Shown here piece by piece: positions 20,080-28,449 of a stretch of DNA of 64,000 nucleotides. The stretch's first letter is position 1. Every line of letters starts with the position of its first letter. Source of the stretch: Gracilinema caldarium (GTDB lineage Bacteria; Spirochaetota; Spirochaetia; Treponematales; Breznakiellaceae). The position numbers were made by a program, and so were the translations under genes. Location: positions 48,992 through 112,991 of the forward strand of contig NZ_JAJUHW010000001.1 of assembly GCF_029265695.1 (NCBI RefSeq), in the 5' to 3' direction. The notes under the pieces were generated by a model. The model saw only the letters and a list, made by a program, of their open reading frames with translations. It was not told where the DNA came from and did not search any database.

Positions 20080-20108
20080 TTGCAATCGATTACGTTCGGT
20101 TGTATGAT
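20080..20108 (+). promoter_or_regulatory. Promoter of the LacI gene with an overlapping LacI-type operator
   Basis: TTGCAA-N17-TATGAT; palindrome GCAATCGATTAC 20082-20093 overlaps the -35 box. Confidence 0.6.
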
Positions 20109-20117
20109 AGGATGACC

Positions 20118-21146
20118 ATGGTTACCATCTACGATATTGCCAAAATTACCGGGTACTCTGCTCCGACCGTGTCGAAAGCGCTGAACAACCAGAGCGATAT
20201 TGGGCAAAAAACGAAGGAAAAGATATTAAAGGTTGCCAAAGAATTGGGTTATGTTCCCAATTCAAGCGCTAAGGGGCTTGTAACAAAAAAATCCTGGCTT
20301 ATCGGTCTTATCTACGAAGAAGATGACATGGGCATTGGTATAGAACATCCGCTTTTCTCCACCATTATAAATGCCTTTAAGCAGGAAATGGAATCAGAAG
20401 GTTATGAGCTCATTTTTATAGCCAGAAACTTAGGAGGCAAAAGGATGAGCCTCCTGGAACATTGCCGATACCGGCAGGTTGACGGGGTCTTGGTGGTGAA
20501 CGTGGATGCCAAAGATGAAGAAGTGAGGGATGTCACGAACAGCAACATTCCCTGTATATCATCCAACATTGTTTTCCCTGAAATCGCGACTGTAACTTCA
20601 GAAAATATTAAGCCCGCGGTGGAGGCGGTTCAGTATTTGTACAAATTAGGGCATAGGCTGATTGCCCATATTGCTGGTCCTCAGGATTCAATCGCTGCAG
20701 CAGGCTATGAGCGGCTTGAAGGCTATAAGGCTGGCCTCTTATCGCGACATCTCCCGATTCGGGATGAATTTATCATTATTTCCGAATACTGGAACGGCGA
20801 ATCGGGTTACAAGGCCATGATGGATTTATGGCGCCGAAATGAAAAACCGACGGCCATTTTCTGCGCCAGTGATATTATGGCCATGGGGGTCATGAATGCC
20901 TGTCATGATCTGGGATTAAGAATACCAGAGGATATTTCTATTATCAGTTTTGATGACAATCTGTGGGCGAGCTTCTCCCATCCTCCCCTCACTACCTTCC
21001 GGCAAGACAGGCAGGCCATCGGAAGGAAAGCTGCAGAACTTATGAAACTGTTGCTGAACGGTGAAAAAGTACCCTCCCGGGTGCTCATTCCGGTACAGCT
21101 AATAGAACGTGATAGCTGTGCCCCGCCACATGGTGTGCGCACTTGA
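20118..21146 (+). CDS. LacI-family transcriptional regulator (no adjacent sugar genes)
   Basis: VTIYDIAKITGYSAPTVSKALN, ELGYVPNSSAKGL, LTTFRQD; start ATG 20118 (alternative 20112). Confidence 0.92.
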   Translation: MVTIYDIAKITGYSAPTVSKALNNQSDIGQKTKEKILKVAKELGYVPNSSAKGLVTKKSWLIGLIYEEDDMGIGIEHPLFSTIINAFKQEMESEGYELIFIARNLGGKRMSLLEHCRYRQVDGVLVVNVDAKDEEVRDVTNSNIPCISSNIVFPEIATVTSENIKPAVEAVQYLYKLGHRLIAHIAGPQDSIAAAGYERLEGYKAGLLSRHLPIRDEFIIISEYWNGESGYKAMMDLWRRNEKPTAIFCASDIMAMGVMNACHDLGLRIPEDISIISFDDNLWASFSHPPLTTFRQDRQAIGRKAAELMKLLLNGEKVPSRVLIPVQLIERDSCAPPHGVRT

Positions 21147-21171
21147 CAGAAAGTGAAATTTCATGCAAAAT
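21143..21171 (+). promoter_or_regulatory. Promoter of the attenuated aminotransferase transcript
   Basis: TTGACA 21143-21148, N17, CAAAAT 21166-21171; predicted +1 near 21178, the A of an in-frame ATG. Confidence 0.7.
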
Positions 21172-21177
21172 AATAGT

Positions 21178-21252
21178 ATGTTTATACAGTTTTGTATGAC
21201 CAATTCTATTAGTCTCGCAGCAGCAGCCGCTATCCCGGAGGATCGCGGTTAG
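21178..21252 (+). CDS. Alanine-rich attenuator leader peptide MFIQFCMTNSISLAAAAAIPEDRG (or MTNSISLAAAAAIPEDRG from ATG 21196)
   Basis: GCA GCA GCA GCC GCT at 21217-21231, stop TAG 21250-21252, embedded in the attenuator hairpins; too short for the ORF track. Confidence 0.8.
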   Translation: MFIQFCMTNSISLAAAAAIPEDRG

Positions 21253-21310
21253 CTGATACCACAACATATCAGAGCCGTGGTCCTCCAGGGTGGGGATTGC
21301 GGCTTTTTTT
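21221..21310 (+). promoter_or_regulatory. Transcription attenuator (pause 1:2, antiterminator 2:3, terminator 3:4)
   Basis: 1:2 = 21221-21235/21240-21255; 2:3 = 21237-21250/21273-21286 (14 contiguous pairs including G-U); 3:4 = 21274-21285/21292-21303 plus T7 21304-21310. Confidence 0.85.
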
Positions 21311-21376
21311 ATGTCCATAGAGGACATCGAGAAGACCATCCCCATACATGGAAAACTTCGGCCCAAAGGAGTTTGT

Positions 21377-22723
21377 ATGAGAAGGGATATTGTGCATCCG
21401 GGGGCTGGTCAGTTGCGCTACGAAATCCGCGAAATAGTGTCCTTTGCCCGTGAGTTAGGTCGGTGGAATGTACCCATTACCTGGGAAAACATCGGAGATC
21501 CGGTTAAAAAGGGCGAACCCGTGGCTGAGTGGATTAAAGACATTGTTCGCCGCAGGGTAATGGAGGACCTTTCCTATGCTTATTCGGATACCGAAGGTGT
21601 CCGTGAAACCAGGGAATTTCTTGCTGGCTTAGCCAATCAGCGATCTCTCTTAAATCCCCTGGGAGCTATGGAATGTTCTGCAGCACCGCTAGTGGCAGAG
21701 GACATTATCTTTTTTAACGGCCTTGGAGATGCGGTTGCCAAGGTATTCGGATTCTTGCGCCGGGAAGCCCGTGTGTTAGGGCCCTCGCCGGCCTATTCCA
21801 CCCTGTCCTCCGCAGAAGCAGCCCACTCTGGCTACGATCACCTCACCTACCGGCTCGATCCAGAAAACAACTGGATGCCTGACCTGGAGGATGTGGAACT
21901 TAAGGTAAAATACAATGATGCCATTGCGGGGCTTTTGCTTATCAACCCTGACAATCCGACCGGTGCGGTGTATCCGGTAGAGGTGCTTACAAAACTTGTC
22001 GCCATTGCAAAAAAATATGGCCTTTTTATCATCGCCGATGAAACCTATGCAAATATTGTGTTTCCCGGCAATAAGACAGCTGCCCTTTCACAGGTCATTG
22101 GGGATGTTCCGGGGCTAGCCCTCAGGTCTATTTCCAAGGAAGTGCCTTGGCCTGGAGCCCGTTCAGGCTGGATTGAGGTGTATAACAAAAATGTGGATCC
22201 CCAGTTTTCCCGTTATGTTCAGAGTCTTGTGGATTCCAAACGGCTCGAAGTCTGCTCCACCACCTTGCCCCAGTTATGTATTCCGGACATTATGGGGGAC
22301 AGTCGGTATTCTTCTCATCTTGAACGCCGGGCTCAGATGTTTGCCGAACGGGCCGACGAGGCAGAGGATGCTTTTGCTTCGGTTAGGGGCTTACGGCTCA
22401 TAAAACCCCGGGGTGCCCTTTATGCAACGGCCCTCTTCGATACAAAACAGTTCTTTGATGGGAAAGAAGCTATGAGGCGCCTTCCGGTAGCAGACAAGGG
22501 GCTCGAAGATTTTATAACCGAGCGAACTAAAAACGTAGCGCCGGACAAACGATTTGTGTATTGGCTGCTTGCTGCGACGGGTATTTGCGTGGTTCCTCTT
22601 TCCGGCTTTGTGAGCGAGCTTCCGGGCTTTCGTTTTACCCTTCTTGAACAGGATAAGAAGAAGCGTACATGGATCTATAAAACTCTGGCGGAAAAGGCGG
22701 AAGAATACCTAGGAAGTATTTAG
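21377..22723 (+). CDS. Class I/II PLP-dependent aminotransferase, AlaA-like (putative alanine transaminase)
   Basis: LRYEIR...ENIGDP N-terminus resembling AlaA (YDIRG...LNIGNP), INPDNPTG, IIADETY, PLP-lysine motif SISKEVPWPGARSGW; AAGGAG SD 21366-21371. Confidence 0.85.
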   Translation: MRRDIVHPGAGQLRYEIREIVSFARELGRWNVPITWENIGDPVKKGEPVAEWIKDIVRRRVMEDLSYAYSDTEGVRETREFLAGLANQRSLLNPLGAMECSAAPLVAEDIIFFNGLGDAVAKVFGFLRREARVLGPSPAYSTLSSAEAAHSGYDHLTYRLDPENNWMPDLEDVELKVKYNDAIAGLLLINPDNPTGAVYPVEVLTKLVAIAKKYGLFIIADETYANIVFPGNKTAALSQVIGDVPGLALRSISKEVPWPGARSGWIEVYNKNVDPQFSRYVQSLVDSKRLEVCSTTLPQLCIPDIMGDSRYSSHLERRAQMFAERADEAEDAFASVRGLRLIKPRGALYATALFDTKQFFDGKEAMRRLPVADKGLEDFITERTKNVAPDKRFVYWLLAATGICVVPLSGFVSELPGFRFTLLEQDKKKRTWIYKTLAEKAEEYLGSI

Positions 22724-22768
22724 GCTCTCAGGCTTACTAATTCGGCTCTTTACTGGATATTACGAATA

Positions 22769-23764
22769 TTATTTGGAGTCGACTTGGCTTATAAGGCGGA
22801 TCCCGAGGCAGGTCGCCACGGCCCGCTCTCGGTTCAAAGTCCCATCGTGGACCGGATGGTTAAGGATTTCCGCAGGGCTATTCGGTTTTCGAATAACTAA
22901 GCTTGTGGATCCGCCGCCATCGAGGAGTAGGCCATCCCAGGCTCCAAGACCCAGTAGTATCTGGGCAGTTTCGTATTCCGTGGCTCCCACACTGTCCAGG
23001 AGCCGGCCGTCCACGGCAAGGAGTATGAGTGTTGTGCCATCCCGGCTCACGCCTACAGCGCTGCGTGGGGCTCGGCTTGTTCTGCCTTTAAGCGGAATAC
23101 CATCCTTAAGGACTTGATAAAAGCCGCCCACCCCATAGCGTACAGACTCAGCGTCTAAAACGTTTAAAACGGCAGCCGGGCTATCCACTTTTCCGGCTAT
23201 AGGGATATCTGTTTGCTCCGCTATACGGGCAATCCCATCCATTCCAATAAGCAGTGCGCCAAAGGCGGGCACTGGATCAGAGAATATGCGGCCCTCCTGT
23301 ACCGCCAAGCCTACAACACGCCGCTCTTCTCCCTCCCGGTCAGAAACGGGGTCAAAGGGGTTGGTATTAATGGCAACTGTACAGCCATATTGTTCTGCAA
23401 AACGGGATACCCTGACAGAAGGTACGAATCCGTAGGCGAGCGGTTCGGGCCCTACTACAATTTGGACTAAGGGGCTTGCAAGGTTTATCCTCACAGCCCA
23501 GAACGCGAGGGGCGGAAAGGAGATTCTACCTAAGGTATATACGAGAGGCGCAGAGTTTAGATTGTCTATATTTTCAGATCCCTGTGATTTTTCTTGTTCT
23601 AAGACTTTCCAGACTAATGGGGGTACCGCTAATTCCTGGTCCCTATCCTTGCCTCTGAGTATATCAATACCGATGTGTACAGTGGCGCAGGAGGACATAA
23701 TAAAAAGAATAAGCAGCGAGCCTAAGCGGGCTGCCAGCAATTTAGTAAAAGCTGGTTTTTTCGT
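22769..23764 (-). CDS. Phosphodiester glycosidase (NAGPA-like) family lipoprotein; start codon uncertain
   Basis: PRSAVGVSRDG, AVDGR, LLLDGGGSTSL, ERAVAT; lipobox MSSC; best SD-spaced start is an ACG at 23764. Confidence 0.75.
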   Translation of the reverse strand, partial: TKKPAFTKLLAARLGSLLILFIMSSCATVHIGIDILRGKDRDQELAVPPLVWKVLEQEKSQGSENIDNLNSAPLVYTLGRISFPPLAFWAVRINLASPLVQIVVGPEPLAYGFVPSVRVSRFAEQYGCTVAINTNPFDPVSDREGEERRVVGLAVQEGRIFSDPVPAFGALLIGMDGIARIAEQTDIPIAGKVDSPAAVLNVLDAESVRYGVGGFYQVLKDGIPLKGRTSRAPRSAVGVSRDGTTLILLAVDGRLLDSVGATEYETAQILLGLGAWDGLLLDGGGSTSLVIRKPNSPAEILNHPVHDGTLNRERAVATCLGIRLISQVDSK

Positions 23765-23795
23765 CGATCTATCCTTTTCTTTGTATATTATAACA

Positions 23796-24917
23796 ATGGG
23801 GCTAGCAAAAACAATTACATGGGGGCTATGTGGCATGGTTCTTCTTTCCTGTCAAAGTATGAAAGCAAATATTGATGTGAGGGGTCTAAAAGACTATGCC
23901 CGTTCAATTGAACTTATGTTGGGCCGGGAACAATCTTTGGTACCCATTTTGGATAATACAGAAGAGCCGGAGAATCAGGCCTATGAACCAAATAGTAGGA
24001 CCATCCAAAATGATATGAAACCGGCTGAACGGCAACCCTTGAAACGTTGGAAGCTGTCTTTGAGTGGCAAACAAGTTTTGGGTGAGCGCTTGAAATTTCC
24101 TGCTCCCCAAGGGTACCCGCTGGGTGACAGTTATTTTTATTATTTTCATACCAGAAGAGAAGGACCAATGAAAGTAATTCTCTGGGCGCCAGGTTTTGGT
24201 GTATCGGATCTCGCATTTTTATTTATAAAAGAATTTTTCCGGATAGAACTTTCCTCTGGCTGGGACGTTTTGGTTTGGATCCCTCCCTATCATTTGGATC
24301 GGCAAATGCCAGGCAAAAAGGCCGGAGAAGGCCTTATTACTCCAGATCTCATGAGTTTTAGAAACAATATGAACAATGCGGTCCACGAACTAGCTCTAGG
24401 TCTCTCATGGCTTAAAAAGGAAGGATATGAACGGATAGGAGCTTGGGGTGGCAGCTTTGGTGCGGCAAGTCTCCTTCTTCTTTCCCAACAGGAGGACTTT
24501 GACCATATAGTATTGATGATTCCCCTCATTGATTGGAATACTATCTGGGACTCTCTTCCTTTTTCAGGGATCAGGCAACAGTTTGAGTCCAAAGGGGTGG
24601 ATCCACAAACGGTGGCATCGGTCTTTGCTTCAGTAAGTCCCCGATATGCAAAGTATCCTCAAATTCCATCTGATAGAATCTTATTTCTCCTTGCCGATTA
24701 TGATCAGCTTACACCTTTAGATGTGAGCGAATCTTATATTGCATCCTTAGGCTTTGGAGACAACCAGGAACCAGTAGTGCGCCGTTTTAAGGAAAGCCAC
24801 AGTACCATATTGCTTAACCGAGGGGTATATAAAGAATACCAGAAGTTTTTAGAACAGATAGATAAGCCAATTTCAGAAATCCCAAAAGCTGTGTCAATTT
24901 CTCAAGGCGATCACTAG
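23796..24917 (+). CDS. Alpha/beta-hydrolase fold lipoprotein
   Basis: Lipobox VLLSC, nucleophile elbow GAWGGSFGA, ADYDQL, ESHSTIL; start at ATG 23796, 6 nt after TATATT. Confidence 0.75.
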   Translation: MGLAKTITWGLCGMVLLSCQSMKANIDVRGLKDYARSIELMLGREQSLVPILDNTEEPENQAYEPNSRTIQNDMKPAERQPLKRWKLSLSGKQVLGERLKFPAPQGYPLGDSYFYYFHTRREGPMKVILWAPGFGVSDLAFLFIKEFFRIELSSGWDVLVWIPPYHLDRQMPGKKAGEGLITPDLMSFRNNMNNAVHELALGLSWLKKEGYERIGAWGGSFGAASLLLLSQQEDFDHIVLMIPLIDWNTIWDSLPFSGIRQQFESKGVDPQTVASVFASVSPRYAKYPQIPSDRILFLLADYDQLTPLDVSESYIASLGFGDNQEPVVRRFKESHSTILLNRGVYKEYQKFLEQIDKPISEIPKAVSISQGDH

Positions 24918-24953
24918 TCTGCGAGTTTTGAAAGCGTCTTAATAGGAGTAAAT

Positions 24954-24984
24954 AAAAAAGGCTGTCCAATGGAGGACAGCCTTT
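24954..24984 (-). terminator. Intrinsic terminator after rpsU
   Basis: AAAGGCTGTCC-AATGGA-GGACAGCCTTT with A6 tract 24954-24959. Confidence 0.85.
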
Positions 24985-24988
24985 GCTC

Positions 24989-25192
24989 TTAATATTCGGA
25001 TTTACCCTTGCGGTTTTTCTTCATCAGCTTGCGCTGAATAGCCTTCTTTTTCCGGTTGAGGATGGTGGAAGGTTTCTCATAATATTCCCGCTTTTTGTAT
25101 TCCCGGATGATGCCTTCTTTTTCGACCATCCGCTTAAACCGCTTGATCGCCTTTTCCAGCATCTCGTTGTCGTCTACAACAATATGGGCCAC
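24989..25192 (-). CDS. rpsU: 30S ribosomal protein S21
   Basis: [30 protein letters not shown]; GTG start with GGAGG SD. Confidence 0.96.
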   Translation of the reverse strand: MAHIVVDDNEMLEKAIKRFKRMVEKEGIIREYKKREYYEKPSTILNRKKKAIQRKLMKKNRKGKSEY

Positions 25193-25198
25193 TGTATT

Positions 25199-26302
25199 TC
25201 ACCTCCCTTCCGCTGACCGGTCAGTATTATTTTCTAAGAACGGCACAATTTTACTTAAAATGCGATCCTTGTCAAGCGGTGCGGTTTGGACCATCAGATC
25301 CGGATCGGCAAATTCACCCTGAATGCGGAATTCCCAATGCAGATGAGGTCCCGTAGAAAGACCCGTGGAACCGGATTTTCCAATTTCTGTTCCCGTATCA
25401 ATGAGGTCCCCTTCTTTTACCGAAAGGGAATCCATGTGGTAATAAATAGAATAGACCGCGGGGGCATGCTGCAGTATGACCGTGTTGCCCGTAACAATGC
25501 GGAACCGTGCCATCTGAACCAGGGCCGGCGCGGTAGCGCGCACAACGGTTCCCTTAGGCACACCAAAATCTATGCCGCCATGGATGGTCCGTTCTAAAGT
25601 ACCGTTAGAATATTGGTATATCCGCCGGTCTCCGAAAAAGCTTGTCCTGCGATTTGAATCCACCGGCATGGCAAAGGTTCCCGTCGTATACAGACCCGGC
25701 TTTGTAGCGACGAGCAGTTTCCATAATTCTGCCGCTTCCTTATCCTTCTGCGGGTCCGGTTTTGTCTTGATGTCCGTATTTGCAGGCCCCAGGGCTATGG
25801 TCTCGGCATTAAAAGCCTTTTTCGTAATTGATAATTGAATCCGCGGCGGAAGTTTCAAATCTGAGATCCCGGGGTTGTTATTGGCTCCTCCGGTGTCTGT
25901 TCGAATATCGAGATAGGCCCTGCTTCCCTCATAGGTATTAGGAATAACCAAAAGGGCAAGGTAAACCGTATAGTCAGTGCCATCTTTTTGAATGCGGTCG
26001 TAATAAAAGAAAGGGGCCGACAGCATCCTTTTATTATGCTCGTTCAATAACTGTACCCGTAAGGGAATGAGGTCCCCCGGCAGAAGTGAACTTTCTTTGG
26101 TCGATTCACTGGGAGCCGCACTTGCTCCTTGAGGTACTGGGATGGCAAGCACAACTGTTACTGGAGATCCCGGACTCAGTTCATCCTGGAGAGCCAGCGT
26201 TTTTGCTTCCCGGCTTTGAAATATACCGGACCCAAGCAACACTGTGAGGAGGGGGAAAATCAATACAAAGAAAGATTTGTAAAAGAGCTTTTTCTTCATC
26301 AT
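25199..26302 (-). CDS. M23 family metallopeptidase
   Basis: HGGID, YYHM, STGPHLHWE; N-terminal signal/TM segment. Confidence 0.9.
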   Translation of the reverse strand: MMKKKLFYKSFFVLIFPLLTVLLGSGIFQSREAKTLALQDELSPGSPVTVVLAIPVPQGASAAPSESTKESSLLPGDLIPLRVQLLNEHNKRMLSAPFFYYDRIQKDGTDYTVYLALLVIPNTYEGSRAYLDIRTDTGGANNNPGISDLKLPPRIQLSITKKAFNAETIALGPANTDIKTKPDPQKDKEAAELWKLLVATKPGLYTTGTFAMPVDSNRRTSFFGDRRIYQYSNGTLERTIHGGIDFGVPKGTVVRATAPALVQMARFRIVTGNTVILQHAPAVYSIYYHMDSLSVKEGDLIDTGTEIGKSGSTGLSTGPHLHWEFRIQGEFADPDLMVQTAPLDKDRILSKIVPFLENNTDRSAEGR

Positions 26303-28449
26303 TGTGGGCTATTTTGCTCCCAGGTCCCCGATCTTTTTATATCTGTAATGATGAGTTGGGGAGTCTCGTTTCCGTTAAAATAGTTTCTGTTTATTCGGAA
26401 TACCATATCTACCGTATCGTTAAGGTCGAAGTCTCGTTTTACCTTTTCTGCAGCCTGCCAATACACCGCAGGCCATTTGTAGGTCCCCGCATCGATGGTC
26501 AGTTTGACATGTTTCGCTTCGTTTTTACCCATGAGTGAAATATCGATAATCTTTAAGTTTTTGGCCAGGAAAATAAGGGGATTATTTTCTTCGCCATAGG
26601 GTTCAAAGAGGTCAACGATATTTAAGAGGTCGCCTGTCATATATTTAAGCGGCAGTTCTGCATCAATCTGAACGAGTTCTTCGTCTTCAGAATCCTCAAG
26701 CTCCATTGTGGCAGCCACAAGCTTGAGGCGTTCCAAAAAGGCTTCCCAGTTCTGTTTGAGCATACTGAAGCCAGCGGCAAAATCGTGGCCACCCCAGTCC
26801 AGGAAGAGATCGGCGCACTGGTCCAAGAGGGAACGCAGGTCATAGCCCCGGCTTGACCTGAGAGACCCAGTCACGGTGTGCTCGCCGTTAAAGGCCACAA
26901 CGAGGGATGGAACCTTAAAGCGGTTCACCATTTTGCTTGCCATGATACCCGTGACGCCCCGGTGTATTTCGGGCCCAAAGGCGATAGCCAGTTTATTGGA
27001 ATAGACCTCCATGCTTGCCTGGGCCATGGGTTCTACGATATTCCAGATTTCGCTGCCCAGTTTTTTACGGTTTTCATTCATTTCCAATATTTCGTTGGCC
27101 AGCCGTTCCCGTTCACTGGGATTATCTTCTAAAAGCAGCTGCACCGCCCGGTCTGGTTTTCCCATGCGTCCCGCGGCGTTAATAACCGGACAGAGCTGCC
27201 AGGCCAGGTCAGACGCATTAAGATGCCTACCGGCGAGGCCCTGCTTAAAGAGTAAGTCCGACACCCCCGGCCGGGCCTTGGCTTCCATTGCTGCAAGGCC
27301 AGCGCGTACAATGATACGGTTTTCGTCCTTAAGGGGCATCAGGTCCGCAATAGTCCCCAGGGCCGCGAGCTGCAGGTCCTGCTGATCCTCTTCGCCGTAC
27401 CAGGCCTCCCGTTTTTGGATAAAGGAGACAAATAGATTGATGAATACATCAAGCTCACTGGGGCTTTTGTCCGAATATTTTGCGATGCGGGATAGCTCTT
27501 TGATACGGAGGAGACTTTTCCCGGCTACGGCGGGCAGCACCTTTGCAATTTCGGGGGCCACATCGAGCATATAGACTTCCACGGCGGGACCAAACATTTT
27601 TGCAAAGGCTTTCTTTTGGAGCGGCGCATCCCAGGTAAGAATTTGCTGATCCTTGAGGAAGGGAAGCAGCCGCGTCTGTTCCAGTTGTACCATCCCCGGG
27701 ATAATCGTTTCGGTGAGCCGGCTCTGTTCCACCAGGTTGCGGAGATGGACCGCCTCGACCACAAAGGCATCGTTGGTGGGCCGGGTGGTGAGAAGGCAGA
27801 TGTTTTGTCCGTAGAGTTCGCTTTTTTGCGCAAAGCGGAGGGCCGAGACCAGCTTGTAGGTTACACCGCAGCCGCAGAGGTCTCTGAACGGGTAGGGGGA
27901 CTCTTTTAGCTTAGGGTTGATGATGGCAAAGGCCTCAGGCAGTACATCCTGGGGATTATGGTGATCCACCACAATAACATCGATGCCGAATTCTCGGGCC
28001 CTGCTGATTTCTTCGATGTTCGAAATACCGCAGTCCACAGTGATAATGAGGGTCCCGTAATCGGCAGCAAACTGTTCAACCGCTTCTTTCGAGAGCCCGT
28101 ACGCATCGTCTCCTAAGGGAACCTGCCAGCGGACATCGATACCCATTTTTTCTAGATGCCGAACCAAAAGGCTTGTGCTGGTAATACCATCCACATCCCG
28201 ATCTCCGAATACGAGCACCTTTTCCCCTTCATCTTTGGCCGCCAGGATGCGCTCTACCGCATCCTCCATGCCGGAAAGCTGGAAGGGGTTTCTCAGGTGA
28301 CGCACATCGGATTCTAAAAAGTACCGAATATCTTCGCCTTTGGTAATGCCGCGGCGGACCAGGATGGATGCGACAAGGAGATCGCATCCATAACGGCCCG
28401 CGATGTCTTTAACCTGATCGGGGGAGATTTCCTTTTTATACCAGTTCAT
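26299..28449 (-). CDS. recJ: ssDNA exonuclease RecJ with a roughly 140-aa internal insertion
   Basis: GDRDVDG, TVDCG, VDHH, LGTIAD, INAAGRM, GSLRS, WGGHDFAAG. Confidence 0.95.
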   Translation of the reverse strand: MNWYKKEISPDQVKDIAGRYGCDLLVASILVRRGITKGEDIRYFLESDVRHLRNPFQLSGMEDAVERILAAKDEGEKVLVFGDRDVDGITSTSLLVRHLEKMGIDVRWQVPLGDDAYGLSKEAVEQFAADYGTLIITVDCGISNIEEISRAREFGIDVIVVDHHNPQDVLPEAFAIINPKLKESPYPFRDLCGCGVTYKLVSALRFAQKSELYGQNICLLTTRPTNDAFVVEAVHLRNLVEQSRLTETIIPGMVQLEQTRLLPFLKDQQILTWDAPLQKKAFAKMFGPAVEVYMLDVAPEIAKVLPAVAGKSLLRIKELSRIAKYSDKSPSELDVFINLFVSFIQKREAWYGEEDQQDLQLAALGTIADLMPLKDENRIIVRAGLAAMEAKARPGVSDLLFKQGLAGRHLNASDLAWQLCPVINAAGRMGKPDRAVQLLLEDNPSERERLANEILEMNENRKKLGSEIWNIVEPMAQASMEVYSNKLAIAFGPEIHRGVTGIMASKMVNRFKVPSLVVAFNGEHTVTGSLRSSRGYDLRSLLDQCADLFLDWGGHDFAAGFSMLKQNWEAFLERLKLVAATMELEDSEDEELVQIDAELPLKYMTGDLLNIVDLFEPYGEENNPLIFLAKNLKIIDISLMGKNEAKHVKLTIDAGTYKWPAVYWQAAEKVKRDFDLNDTVDMVFRINRNYFNGNETPQLIITDIKRSGTWEQNSPQ

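Noticed and set aside
21190-21310. SAM or T-box riboswitch upstream of the aminotransferase
   Set aside because: No SAM-I core or T-box (AGAGA/GGTGGNACCGCG) motifs; the leader-peptide attenuator model explains all the helices.
21290-21376. ORF-track start of the aminotransferase at 21290
   Set aside because: It lies inside the terminator hairpin; ATG 21377 has an AAGGAG SD and matches the family N-terminus.
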